Assembly: GCF_020745735.1 (NCBI RefSeq)
Contig: NW_026867526.1
Span: 722,416 to 786,415, forward strand
DNA: 64,000 nucleotides
Direction of reading: 5' to 3'
From: Hemiscyllium ocellatum
Lineage: Eukaryota
Shown: piece after piece, positions 36,836 to 50,300 of the stretch
Numbering within the stretch: position 1 is the first letter of the stretch
Layout of the letters: the number at the start of each line of letters is the position of its first letter
Notes under the pieces: model-generated
Databases searched by the model: none
The model's input: only the letters and a program-made list of their open reading frames with translations
Told to the model about the DNA's origin: nothing
Program-made: the position numbers and the translations under genes

Positions 36836-37584
36836 TGTGGTAGTTGGGCTTGTGGATCCATTTTGGCAGCTTAGGTATGCTATTTAGAAAGGGATAGTCT
36901 TACAAATAGTGACGTTGCCAAGAAGTAGCCTTTTGGAAGTGAAAACACGGATTTCATTGTTTAAAGTCTTGGCAAAGAATAATCCCCAGTGAGACGTGTT
37001 GCTGACATGTGCAGCGTTCCGATACTCTACCAGTGTCTGGCTCACCGATGGCTCAACAGGGAGGACTGTCCGATTAGTGTACGTTTCCCAGACTTCAGCT
37101 GATGCCAAATGAAGATGCATCGCATAGAGAAACAAAGTTTGGCAGGAATCTTTGTGTGAGAACGTTCAATCAATACCTTTCTACGCATACATTTGAAACA
37201 GTAATGGACCCAAACCCTTGTTAAGATGAGCTGAAGAGGACAGGGCCATCCCACTTCTAGGTTCTGGTCAAATTCAGCCGTGAGCTGTTATTAAGTGCAT
37301 ACAATTACAAGTTGGAACACCAAGCAGGCGGTCAAGTGGTTAATGCCTGAAGCCAACTCCCAATAATGGATACACTGGAAAAGTCTGTTCTGGTTTTAAA
37401 CTTTCTGCACACCCTTCCAGTCATCTCTGACAATTTCCGATTAGAACAAGGTCCCGTACTGGTGAGAAAAAAGAAACAACTGCAGTATTAGAAACGAAAA
37501 GATCATCATAAGCAGGATTGAATCGTTTGTGGATCTGGTGAGATCAGATGGCCACTGAAAACTGCATACTAATATGGGGAGCAA

Positions 37585-37678
37585 GGCTGAAAAATGTGTT
37601 GCTAGAAAAGTGCAGCAGGTCAGACAGCATCAAAGGAGCAGGAGAATCGACGTTTCAGGCATAAACCCTTCTTCAGCT
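37585..37678 (-). mobile_element. PLE pLTR insertion in Gypsy remnant
   Basis: gctgaaaaatgtgttgctagaaaag...cgacgtttcaggcataaacccttcttcag. No TSD found. Confidence 0.75.
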
Positions 37679-39133
37679 CCAGCAGGGTCATCCTGTGATT
37701 TCCAAAATTAGGATGTTGATAAGAATTTATGTTTGGTGGCCAGGATTGGATGCTGTGATAGCCATGTTGGTGGGGCAGTCGCCTGAGTGCCAATAGGGAC
37801 AAGAATTGACTGGCCAGATATAACCTGGATTCAGTTATATTTTGACTATGCCATCACATCGCCTTGCCTCACGTCTCTGCACATCGCATCGCGTCGCGTC
37901 ACATATCGCATCGCCCCTCCCCTCCCCTCGGCTGAGCCCCCCCCCGCCAGGATCCCAGTTTGGCTTTCAGCCAGAGAGTGATCCATTGAATATGATTTTC
38001 ACTGCAGTATATGGCCTTCTGGGATCTTTAAAAAGGCCTTTAACATCATCAATCGGGAAGCATTTCTGGAGCATTCTTCGTCGCTTTCGTTGCACCATGA
38101 TGTTTGTCACCATCCTTCACCTGCTCCACAATGATGTATAATTCATCAAAATGACAAACAACTTCAACACCTACTCATTCGCCCTCTGAACCGGTGTCGA
38201 GCAGGGTATGTCATCACCGCAACACTTCTGAATCTACCTCGCTGCACAACTTCACTTCCGACAAGCTGCCCATGTTTGATCCAAGGGGGCTTTAGTTGTG
38301 GTTCTGAACCATTGCTGTCCCAGATGCTCTTAGTGGGGATCAGTGTGAGTGATGTCTTATTTTTAGTTGAAATATACAAGTGTACTTTCTCTGAATTTTA
38401 AACCGTTATTCTTCATTTCCCAGGAGTTTTCAATTTGCGACAGAGCAGAGATTTATTTAATTGAAAAGAACATTTAATTAATTAGTTTTTTATTTGGTTG
38501 AAAAGAACAAATGCTGGCGAACTCAGCAGGTCAGAGAACATCCACGAGAGAGGGCAGCTAGTATTTCAAGACCAAATGAGTCCTCATTAGAGCTGTTCAT
38601 GTGTTGTTTAATTTGCTTGAGAATATTTTTATTTTGGCCCCCTGTAGCCCCTGCCCACAAGTGGTTGGTGGGGCAGGGGAAGCCAGTTTTTGCCTGTTAA
38701 ACAAAAAAAGGCACTATTGCTCTGTGGAAAGCCAGAAATAAATAAACCAAGTGAAAGCAGTTTAATTTCTGTTTTGAATATGCACAACATTTTTCCTGGT
38801 GATGTGTCTGTTCCAGGAATGTCTGATGCAGGCAGTATCAGGGGATCTTGGTTTTATTTTTTCGTTTGCATCTTTGGTTTTAAAAGAGTTGGAGGGTTGT
38901 TTTGCAGACTGGAGGCCTGTGACAAATGCAGGGATTGGTGCTGGGTGTAATGCCATTTTTCATTTCGGTAAAGGATTGGAATGTGAATATGAATGTGAAT
39001 ATTCAACTGCATCAGGAAATTCAATGCCGGCCACAAAACTCCTCTTTGCGCGTGAGGCAGTTTACTACATTGGACAAAATGTGCTGTTTAAACCATTGGA
39101 ATGGCATGCATGGGGAAGGGGCATGGTCGAAGT

Positions 39134-39348
39134 AAAAGGAGAAAGTGAGGACTGCAGATGCTGGAGATCAGAGCTGAAAAAGCGCAGCAGGTCAGGCAGC
39201 ATCCAAGGAGCAGGAGAATTGACGTTTTGGGCATAATCCTTCTTCAGGAATCAGGAATGAAGAAGGGCTTATGCCCGAAGCGTCGATTCTCCTGCTTCTT
39301 GGATGCTGCCTGACCTGCTGTGCTTTTCCAGCAACACATTTTTCAGCT
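39134..39348. mobile_element. Mini PLE: two head-to-head pLTR copies, 12-bp TSD
   Basis: TSD CATGGTCGAAGT at 39122-39133 and 39349-39360. Confidence 0.85.
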
Positions 39349-39653
39349 CATGGTCGAAGTTAAGGGCAGGTCCCATGATGTCGGAGAGGCGGTCCTGAAC
39401 AAATGTGAGGATCTCATGATAGCTGTAACCCGCAAGTGGCCAAGGGCACGGCATAACCAGCTCCTCAGAACATGTGGCAAGGATGTTCTTGCCTGTGGGT
39501 TCTCCTCATCCTGCCAGTGTAGAAGATTTGAGGGCAAATGTGGCAGCCTTGATGCCATTACCAACTGCAGAAGAAGACAAATTTCTGCTGTGATGCAAAT
39601 GGTGGTTGACAGTCCAGCACGTGGCGACAGGAACCAAGCTAGAGTCTGAGGAA

Positions 39654-39804
39654 AAAATGAGTTCTGCAGATGCTGGAGATCAGAGCTGAAAATGTGTTGC
39701 TGGAAAAGCGCAGCATCCAAGGAACAGAAAATTCGACGTTTCGGGCATAAGCCCCTCATCATTCCTGCCTGACGTGCGCTTTTCCAGCTACACATTTTCA
39801 GTTC
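39654..39804 (-). mobile_element. Mini PLE: pLTR plus short inverted piece, 12-bp TSD
   Basis: TSD GAGTCTGAGGAA at 39642-39653 and 39805-39816. Confidence 0.85.
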
Positions 39805-41235
39805 GAGTCTGAGGAAGTTGATCTAGTGGGAAAATGGTTATGGCTGGTCACCTTGTCCAATCAGGGAGTCCTGATTGGCAGATATGTCAGGGGTCCTGCT
39901 CGATGAGTCATCTCTATGAAAGCCAGGTCAGTGTTGTGTACTGTGCATGTGGAAATTCTTGAATTGCATCCAGTGGCATATTGCACTCAGGGAGTTCAGT
40001 TATCGCCTAGCCTTGATGAAAAGGCAAACCTCCAGCTCAACAACAAAGCTGCAGGTGCAAGTGGTATTCCCCCTGAAGCATTGAAGTGTGGAGGCACTGA
40101 GCTCCCAGTGTAACTGTATGTCCTTGTGTGCCCTATGTAAAAGGAGGAGAGGATCCCAGGGGGGCTCCCAGATGCAAAAGTTATTAGCATTGTCAACAAA
40201 GGGAACGTGTCAAACTGTGGTAACTGCAAGGTCAAATCCCTGATGTCAACCATTGGAAAACTCATCGCCAATGTCCTTTTCAAGTGGCTCCTCCCTGCGT
40301 TTGAGGAACTCCTCTCTGGAGTCTCAGTGTGGCTTTGGCCCCAGAAAGTTACAATGGACATGTTTTTCACTGCTGTCTTGGACCCTCATGGAGCTTTGAC
40401 ACAATTAATTGAGAAGCATTTGTGAAGTGTTCTTCTCCAATTTAGTTGCAGTCTTTGGTCTGATCCACAACAAAGTGTAAGTCATTATAATGGCAAACAG
40501 GGTCACCACCTGCCCATTTCCCCCTCTGAACCAGTGTCGAGCAGGGCCAAGTCATCACCTGAACACTGTTCTGAATCTGTGTTGCTGCAGGATCTCAATG
40601 CTGACAAGCTGACAACTTTTGCCCCAATAGGACTTTAATTGTAGTCCTACATTGTCGCTGTCCCAGAAGCTCTTGATGGGGATCAGTGTGAGCTGTAAGT
40701 TATGTACAGCTGTACTTCCTCTCGATTTTATGCATCATTGTTCCTTTCCATGGAGTGTTCAATCATGACAGTGCAGAGAGGATTCATTTATTCAGTTGAA
40801 AAGAACAAATGCTGGAGGTCGCAACAGGTCAGACAGCATCCATGACAGAGAGAGCAAGCTAAGACTTTGAGTCTAGCTGACTCCTCATCAGAGCTGTTCA
40901 TTTATCATTTGTTTTCTTATATTTGCTTGAGTTTATTTTTATTTTGGCCCCCTTTGGCCACTGCCTAAAGCGGGTTGTTGCAGACATTGTCAACGGTGAG
41001 CCAATTTTTGTGAGTGTGTTTGTTTTTGCCGTTCCCTAGAGTCATAGTATCTTCATTTTTGGTTGACACACTGACAGTTGCTTTAATTCTTGTTTTGAAG
41101 TAGCAGAGTTAAAAAAAAATCACCAGGCTCATCCAAATGTTTGTTTGATAATTCAATTTTTTTTGGAACGCTGTCCAATGAACATGGTGGATGATAATGT
41201 GTTGAGCGATGTTTAACTTTGTTGACCCCACTCCA

Positions 41236-41546
41236 AGATTAGATTACTTACAGTGTGGAAACAGGCCCTTCGGCCCAACAAGTCCACACCGACCCGCCGA
41301 AGCGCAACCCACCATACCCCTACATATACCCCTTACCTAACACTACGGGCAATTTAGCACGGCCAATTCACCTGACCCGCACATCTTTTGGACTGTGGGA
41401 GGAAACCGGAGCACCCGGAGGAAACCCACGCAGACACGGGGAGAATGTGCAAACTCCACACAGTCAGTCACCTGAGGCGGGAATTGAACCCAGGTCCCTG
41501 GCGCTGTGAGGCAGCAGTGCTCACCACTGTGCCACCGTGCCGCCCC
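41236..41546 (-). mobile_element. Full-length HE1-type SINE
   Basis: tRNA-like head (ggggcggcacggtggcacagtgg...gggttcaattccc), V-domain core, and CR1-like tail ending (taatct)n. Confidence 0.92.
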
Positions 41547-42044
41547 GTTTCCAACATTGGGCCCCACCTAGTCTTGAAAGAATAGAGTGTTTCACCCGGT
41601 GCTGTGCCTGTTTTGGGATTTTCTGATGCAGGAAATATCACAACTGCAATATTTAAAAGGCATCTGGATGGAAATATGAATAGAAAGAGTTTTGATGGAT
41701 ATGAGCCAAGTGCTGGTAAGTGGGACTGGATACATTTAGAATATGTGGTTGGCATATTGAGTTGGGCTGAAGAGCCTGTTTCCATGTTATACGTCTCTGT
41801 AACTCTGTGCTTAGTGATTTTGCAGATGTCACCAAGTTTGCCGTATAGTAGATAGTGAAGTAGGTGATCAAAGATTCCAAATGTATCCTGATCAAGTGGG
41901 CCAATGGGCCAAGGAGAGGCAGATGGAGTTTATTCTTGATAAATGTGAGATGTTCCATTTTGATTAGATGGACAGGGCAAGACTTTCACAGTTAATGGTA
42001 AGGCCTCTGGAGAATTGCCGAAGAGCAACCTAAGGTTTGGTAGA

Positions 42045-44700
42045 ACCTCTATAATGCAGAAGCCGGCCATTTGGCCTGTCGAGTTCACACAACCAATACC
42101 ACTTGATGTGCGTGCAAATGTAGAGGCAGCATTCATGAGGCTGGAAAGTGAAGCAATAATAAAACCACTATATTTACTGTATCCACTGTCATGGTCGTCG
42201 CCATTGTGGGTCAGTTTGCCTTTGTGGAGATTTTGATGAAACAGTGATCTGTATTTTGCAGCCAGATAAATAACCGATCCATCACATTGAGGAATTAAAT
42301 GCAAAACTTTATAGGCTTTGTACTTCATGAAGCTGGATATGAGCCATGTGAAACTGCCATTGTGATTTGATGAAGATTCCCATCAATATGTTACAATTAC
42401 CAATATCCGAGACTGCTTTTTGTGTTGGGATATCATCAACTTGTGAAATTGTCCAGTGAACAATGGAGAACGTTTCACTAGGTGTACCCCAGGATACAGT
42501 CGTTATGAATAATGTACGAATAACCGGGAAGAGGATTTTGAGAGAGTGTGCACAGCAATTAAATGGTTCTCCAGGGTCTTAGAAGGAAAAATGTGTATTC
42601 CAAGGCATTCCAAGTAACCTCCTTGAGCTATAGCATCATCAAGACCAGGTTAAACACATTGGAAAATTAAGTGAGGTCAATCAAGGGTGCCCTGGCACCC
42701 AGCAGAGCTTCGATCTTACCTTGGTTTGGTGAAATATTATGGATGCTTCTGTAATGTCCTGGCTTCCATCTTGGCAGCTTGGATTTGCTATTCAGAAATG
42801 ATCAGCATTGCAAATGATCTCATCGCCCAGAAGTAATCTTCAGGGAAGTGAAAAAGCAGGTATTGTAGATGGTGTTGGCACACAATAGTCCCCAGTGAGA
42901 TGTGGTGCTGTCATGTGATGCCTCCCAATACAGTTTGAGATGACTGCTGGCTCACTGATGCCTTGGCAGACATGGTGTATGTTTGTCAAACTTTGTCTAA
43001 TGTCAAATGAAGACATGTCCAGATAGAGAAGGAAGGTTTGGTGGTAATCCTTTGTGTGTGAAAGTTCCACCAATACCTTTTAGGACATCAATTTGAAATA
43101 TAAATGGACCACAAACCGTTGCCAGGGAGACCTGATGGTATCAGGGCCATCACACCTCAAGCTTCAGGTCAGATTCAGTGGGCTGTCATGCTGAGTGCAT
43201 AAACCCTCAGAAAACTGTGTGAGCAATCATGTGTTAAATGCAGTTGCGTGAAGCCTACTCCCTCTGGTGGATACACCATGGTGGGTGCCAGCAGTGAAAG
43301 AGTCTGTTCTGTTTTTAAACATTGCGGGCATGCTTCCCATCATCTCTGACAATCTCAGACTGTGGGTACAAAAAGTTCCCTTCCTGGTGAATGACAAACA
43401 GCTGGTGGTGTTGGAAATGAAAGGAGCATCGCAACCAGAATTGAATCCTTTCTGGACTTGGTGAGACTAGATGTCCATTGAGGATGGCATAGTAATACGG
43501 GGAGCAAGTGTGTTTCTCCCAAGCAAAGGTCACTGTCAGATACTGGCTGAACTCCACCAGGGTCATCCTGTGATTTCCAAAATGAAGATGTTGACAAGAT
43601 GTTTTGTCTGGTGGCCGGGATCAGATGCCGACGCAGCCATGTTTGTGGGTCAATGGCTGGAGTGCCAACAAAGACAAAGATTGCCACCAGCAACTGCACC
43701 CCATCCATAGAACTGGTCAGGTAACATCTGGACACAGTTGCACGTCAACTGTGCCAGTGCTTTCATGGTGGTTATCCATTTAATCATTGTGTACACACAA
43801 TGTGGTTGGATGTGCATGTCGTGCATTTGTCAAATGTGGGGATGACAATTGAAAAGTTGTGAGGATCTTTTACAGTACACAGAAACTGGACATGCTGGTC
43901 CCAGCTATCATGCTGGCCATCATTTAGCAGGAGGGAGCCTTGTGTCTTTCTTAAAGTGGAATGATATTCAGCATGTAAGGACAGCTGCATCTGTTGTCTG
44001 ATAGTCTGGGGGAAAGAGCAGTTCAAACATTGAAAGAAAGTTTAAAGATACAGCCTGCAACTTTAGTCAATACACAAGTGTCCCAATTTGTGATTGATTA
44101 TAGAACCAGCACTCACACAAATACAGGAACAGAAGCATTGGTATTGCAGAGAAGACTCCACTCCAGATTAAATCTGATGTTCTTCCACCTTGTGGAGTGT
44201 GTGAAAAGGTGTCATGAACACCAATGCTGGCCGGAAGGTATTTCTATACGAGAGAGGCAGTTTAGTCCAGGAGACAAAATTTGCTGTTAAAGCGATTGGA
44301 ATTGCCATGTATGTGTAAGAGGCATGGTCGAATGATGTACACTTCTCAAGGCAGAGAGGTGATCCTGATTCAGTATTTGTGTCAACCGATACCTATAACA
44401 TCAAAAGTGGGGCAGGAAGAAAACATACCCAGCCACACGGAACATCCAACAGGCTGCCAGAAACTGTGGGTTCTCCCTGTCCTCCCAGTGTCCAAGAAAC
44501 CTCTGAGGGCAAGATTGACATGGCAGATATCGCAGCCTTGATGCCATTACCACCAGCAGAAAAAGATGAATTCCTGCTGACTTGCTCAATGGGCAAGAGG
44601 TAGGCAGCAGTCCAGTACATGCCAGCAGTATCTGCGCCAGACTCCGTGGAACCAAATCTGGTGTAAGCATGCCCCAGGAGAGGCAACAGCAAACAGAATG
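42045..44700 (+). mobile_element. Decayed Gypsy (Ty3/K02A2.6-like) pol within a monomer, least-deleted copy
   Basis: RT start QPIPLDVRANVEA...EAIIKP, RNase H remnant (CDAS), integrase zinc finger ELHQGHPVISKMKMLTRCFVWWPG, GERAVQTLKESL. Confidence 0.85.
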
Positions 44701-45632
44701 GGCCTTTTTCTCAGGACTGCAGAGTGGTGGACCTCACTGGATATGATTTCCCCGATTGGGGCAGTTAACCTGGTCCAATCAGGCAGTCCAGGCAGACAGA
44801 TGTGTTAGCAGTTCTGCTCACTTGAGTTTCCAGCTCTGTAAAGTCTTGCTGAAGTATTACACAGTGTGCATGTGTACATTGTTGATTTGCTTCGCCCAGC
44901 ATATTACACGCAAGGAGCTCAGCTTTACCATATCTTGGATGGAACAGAGATGGCCATCCACCCGATGAGGAAGATGACAGCTGCAAATGGCTCTTCCCTT
45001 GAGGCATTGATGTGTGAAGTACTGAGCTCCCAGTGCAGTTGAATTCCCTTGCCTGAATGATCTGGAAGGAGGAGGGCACCCCAGGAGAGCTCCCAGATGA
45101 CAAAGTCATTAGTGCTTTCAAAAATGGCAACATGTCAGACTGTTGTAACCACAGGGGATTATTCCAGATGTTGGCCACTGGAAACTCACCATCAACTGTC
45201 TCTTCCCTGTGGCTGAGGAACTCCTCCCAGTGTCTCAGCGTCAGTCAACCATAGTTAAGCACAATGGACATGGTTTTCAATGCTGTATATGTCCCTTTTG
45301 AACCTTATAAAGGCCTTTGACACCATCAGTTGGGAAGCATTTGTCGAACATTCTTTTCCGCTTAGTTGCAGCTTGAAGTTTGTAACCATCCTTTGACACT
45401 TCCACAAATGTCTATAAGTAATCGTAATGACAAACTGCTTCAATACTTACCCAGTTGAGCAGGGCTGTCTGATCAACTCAACACTGTTCTGAATTGACCT
45501 CGCTGCAGGGTGTCATTGCTGACAATCTGCCCAGTTTTGAGCCCAGGTGGCTTTTATTGTAGTCCTGCATTTTCGCTGTCCCAGAAGCTCTTGTTGGGCT
45601 TCAGTTTGAGGGTTAAGGTACTTTTCTTTGAA

Positions 45633-45943
45633 GGGTGCGGCACAGTGGTTAGCAATGCTGCCTCACAGCGCCAGAGACCTGGGTTCCATTCCTGCCTCAG
45701 GCAACTGTCTGTGTGGAGTTTGCACATTCTCCCTGTGTTTGCATGGGTTTCCTCTGTGTGCTCCAGATTCCTCCCACAGTCCAAAAATTTGCAGGTTAGG
45801 TAAATTGGCCATTCTAAATTGCCATTCGTATTTGTTGAGGGGGTAAATGTTGAGGAATGGGTCTGGGTGGGTTGCTGTTTGGAGGGTCGGTGTGGGCTTG
45901 TTGGGCCGAAGGGCCTGTTTCCACACTGTAAGTAATCTAGTCT
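45633..45943 (+). mobile_element. Full-length HE1-type SINE inserted in segment U
   Basis: gggtgcggcacagtggttagcaatgctgcctcacagcgcc...ccacactgtaagtaatctagtct. Confidence 0.92.
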
Positions 45944-46659
45944 GTGAGCAGTTGTAGGACCTCTGGGTTTTAACAAGTATTGTTCCTTTCCCAGGAGTGT
46001 TCCATAGCAACAAAGCAGAGAACATTTTTAAATTTCGTTGAAAAGAGCAAATGCTGGAGATCACAGTGGGTCAGACAGCATCCATGAGAGAGAGCAAGCT
46101 AAGTTTTAGTGTCGGGATGTCTCCTCATCAGAGCTGTTCATTTATTGTTTGTTTTCTGTGATTTGCTTGAGGTTAGTTTTATATTGGCCCCTTGTGACCC
46201 CTGCCCACGAGTGCTTGGTGGGGACTGAGGCCAGGGATAGCCAGTTTTTGATTATTTATTTCCTTCTGACTTTGCCCAGAGGGAATAGTTTTTTTTTGTT
46301 TTAGAAATTGACAGCAGGTTTAGTTTCTGTTTTAAGAGCAGAGTGTATGCCACAGTGTGGTGCCTGATCTGGGAATGTCTGTTGCAGGCAGTGGAGGTTG
46401 TTTTTCAGGCTGGAGGCTTGAGGGGAAGACAGGAATGGATGCGGGGTCCAATTCCATTTTTCATTTATGTAAAAGATTTCAATGAGAATATAGGATGCAT
46501 GGTTTGTGAGGAATGGCAGTTCGAGTTTAATTTTAATAAATGCAATGTGGTGCATTCAGGTAAGAGGGACAGGACAAGGTATACACAGTTCATAGTAGGG
46601 CTTGTGAAGTGTTGTCAAACAGAGAGACCTCAGAGTTGGCAGAATGTCTTGGTGGCCAA

Positions 46660-47320
46660 GTACATCGATCCCTGAAATATCCCACCCAGGTTGGTAGGCC
46701 TGTCAAGAAAGCTTACGATGTTAGCTTTCTTGGTAGAGGTATTGAGTTTCTGAGCCATGAGGTCATGTTGCAGCTGTAGAAAACTCTGGTGTGGCCACAC
46801 TTGGTGTATTGTGTGCTTTTTGGTTACTGCATTATAGGAAGGATGCAGATTGTTTGGAAAAGGTTCACAGGCAATTTATTAGGATGTTGTCTGGTCTGAA
46901 GGGAAGTTCTTTTGAAGAAAGGCTGAGGGACTTGAGGCTGTTTTCATTAGAGAGAAGGTTGAGAGGTGAATTAATTGAAGTATCTGAGGTAATCCGAGGA
47001 TTCAGGGTAGAGAGTGAGAGCCTTTTTCAACGGATAGTGATGGCTCGCATGAGGGGACACAGCTTTAAATCGAGGAGTGATTGATACAGGACAGTTGTCA
47101 GAGGTAGTTTCATTACTCAGAGTTGTACGGGTGTGGAATGCCCTGCCTGCAACTGTTGTAGACTCACCAAATTTATGGGAATTTAAATGGTCGTTGGATA
47201 AACTATGGATGAAAATGAAATTTTGTGCAGAATAGATGGGCTTCAGATTGGTTCCACAAGTCATCGCATCATCGAGGGTTGAAGGACCTGTGCTGCGCTC
47301 TAATGGTCTCTATTCTATGT
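46660..47320 (+). mobile_element. CR1 RT C-terminus and 3' tail
   Basis: ORF 46791-47084 HYRKDADCLEKVHRQFIRML...LFSLERRLRGELIEV, with tail ...gctctaatggtctctattctatg. Confidence 0.85.
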
Positions 47321-50300
47321 CCTGAACAAACGTGCAGATAACATGATAGCTGCAAATTCTCATGTAGCCAGTCTCAAAACATACCCAGCCACTCAGAACA
47401 TCCAGCACGGCTGTCCGAACCTGTGGGTTCTCCCAGTCTCCCCAGCCTGGAAGAAACCTCTGAGGGCAAGATGGATGCGGCAGATGTCTCAGCCTTGACA
47501 CCTTTTACCTACCAGCAGAAGAAGAAAAATCTTTTCTGCGACGCAAGAAGTTGGCCACTGTACAGCACTGGCACCATTGGTCAAGCCAGAGTCCGAGGAA
47601 GTGGACCGAGTGGGAAAGTAACTCAGGAAAGTGACAGGAAAGAGAATGGGCCCATGTCCCAGGGCTTAGAGGAGGATGGAGGTAATGATTGGAACGTAGT
47701 CACCCAGTGAATGTCATGAAGTATACTTCCCCTGGTTGGGCTCATCCCCTGGTCCAAGCAGGGAGACCTGACTGGCAGGTGTGTCAGGGGTTCTGCTCAC
47801 TCGAGGAGACATCTGTGCAAAGACTAGGTCAGTGTCATGTCCTGTGCATGTGTAAATTGTTGACGTGCACCCCGCAGCATGTTGCACGCAAGGACCTCAG
47901 CAGGAATCAAGCCTTAGATGAGACAAAGAAGATTGTTCTCCATCTTAAGAATGAGACTGCGGGTGCAAGTGGTACTCCCCCTGAGTGCGGAGATACTGAG
48001 CTCCCAGTGTAGCTGCATGCCCTTGTCTGTTTTACCTGGAAGGAGGAGAACATCCCAGGAGTGTTCCCAAATGCCACAGTTGTGAGTGTTATCAAAAAAT
48101 GGTACACGTCAGACTGTGGTAACTCCAGGGGAATATCCTCAATGTCGAGCATTGGAAAACCTATCGCCAAGGTCCTGTTCAACTCTCTCATTCTAGTGCC
48201 TGAGGACCTCCTCCTGGAGACTCAGTCTGGCTTTCTGTCACAGAGGACCAGAAGGGACATGATTTTCACTGCTGCATATAGCATTCTTCGACCTTATAAA
48301 GGCGTTTGACACCATCAATCAGGAAGCATTTTTGAAGTGTTCTTCACCACTTTAGTTACAGCATGACATTTGTCACCACCCTTCTCCTGGTCCACAATGA
48401 CAGATGTCATCATTATGACAAATGGCTTCAACACCTGCCCGTTGCCCCTTTGAACTGGTGGCGAGCAGGGTTGTGTCATCACCACAACACTCCTGAACCT
48501 AAGTTGCTGCAGGACCACTCCACCGACAAGCTGCCCACATTTACTCCAAGGGGGCTTTTGTTTTAGTCCTGCACTGTTGTTGTCCCAAAAACACTTGATG
48601 GGGTTCAGTGTGAGTGATAAATTATTTTCAGTTGAAATGAGCAGGTGTACTTCCTCTGGATTGCAACCCATTGTTGTTCTTTTCCCAGGAGTGTTCAATA
48701 GCGACATAACAGAGAGGGTTTATTCTTTGAAAAAACCAAATGCTGGATATTACTGCAGGTCAGACAGCATCCATGAGAGAGAGCAAGCTAGGATATAGAG
48801 TCTAGATGACTCCTCAGCAGAGCTGTTCATTTATTGATTGTTTTCTTTGATTGACTAAAGTTTCTTTTTATGAGGCTACAGGTGCAATAGGTATTCCCCC
48901 TGAGGCATTGAGGTGGATGGGCACTGAGCTCCCAATGCAGCTGCATGCCCTTGTCTGCCTTACCTGGAAGGAGGGGAGCATCCCAGGAGAGCTCACTGAT
49001 GCCACAGTTGTGAGTGTTTTCACAAGAGAACGTGTGAGGCTGTGCTAACTACAGCAAAATCTCCCTGATGTCGACCATTGGAAAATGTATCACCAAGGTT
49101 CTTGTCAACTCTCTCCTGCCTGTGCCTGAGGAACCCATCCCGGAATTTCCCTGTTCTTCAGCGCCAGACGGGAACAAAGGACATGATTTTTACTGTTATA
49201 TACGGTGCTCTTAGAACTTCCAAAGTCCTTTGACACCATCAAACAGGAAGCATCTGTGGAGCATTCTTCTCTGATTTAGTTGCGTCATGAAACTTGTCAC
49301 CATCCCTCACCTGGTCCAGAACGATGTGTGAGTCATTTTAAAGACAAATGGTTTCAACACTGACCCATTCTGCCTCTGACCCAGTGTCGAGTAGGGCAAT
49401 GTCATCACCACAAAACAGCTCTGAATCTACTTCACTGCAGGACCTCACCTCAGATAAGTTGCCCACTTTTAGACCAAGGGGGCTTGTATTGAAGTCTTGC
49501 AATGTCGCTAAACAGAAACCCTTGATGGTAGTCAGTGTGAGCAGTACATTGTTTTTAGTTGAAATGAGCAGGTGTCCTTCCTCTGGATTTTTAACCATTC
49601 CCAGATACCCTCCTGAGGAATGTTCAATATTGACAGAGCAGAGAGAGGTGATTTTTAACATAATTTTTGTTGAAATGAACAAATGCTGGAGATTACAGCT
49701 GGTCAGAGAAAATCCGTGAGAGAGAGCAAGCTAAGATTTTGTGTTCAGATGACCGTGCATTTGAGCTGTTCATTTGTTGTTTGTTTTAGTTGACAACCTT
49801 GACTTTATTTTATTTTGACACTGTGTGACCCATGCCCAGAAGTGGTTGGTGGACACAGGGAGAGCCAATTTTTAATTGTTTATTTCCTTCTGTTTTTCCC
49901 TCAAGGAGAAGTGTCCTTTTTGTTTTATAACGTGAAAGCAGCTTGTGTTTCTGTTTTGGAAGTGTAGAGTGCTATGTCTATTTGGATGAGCGTGTTGCAC
50001 AGACTGGGTGTTGGTTATCAGTCTGGAGGCTTGTGATGAATATATGAATTGGTGATGTGTCCGGTGCCGTTTGTCATTTATGTAAAGGATTTGGTTGAGA
50101 AAATAGGGCGCATGGTTTGTAAGGAGTGTTAGGCAGATTATAATTTTGATACATGCAAAATGGTGCATTTAGGTTTGAGGAACAAGCCAAGACCTCATTT
50201 GGAACGGCCTGTAGAGTGTTGTCAAACAGAGAGTCCGAGGGTTGACAAAACCTCTACAGTGCGGAAGTAGGCCATTTGGCACAACAGACCCACACTATCA

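Noticed and set aside
38640-38700. RSS-like motifs in the monomer spacer (cacaagtg...agtttttg)
   Set aside because: The heptamer is imperfect and the nonamer-like tract is in the wrong orientation.
14607-39600. Further octamers (14607, 25235, 39593) as Ig regulatory sites
   Set aside because: They lie inside or beside TE sequence, far from the gene, at about chance frequency.
41236-45943. tRNA genes
   Set aside because: The A/B-box sequences at 41500-41546 and 45633-45700 are SINE heads continuing into SINE body and tail.
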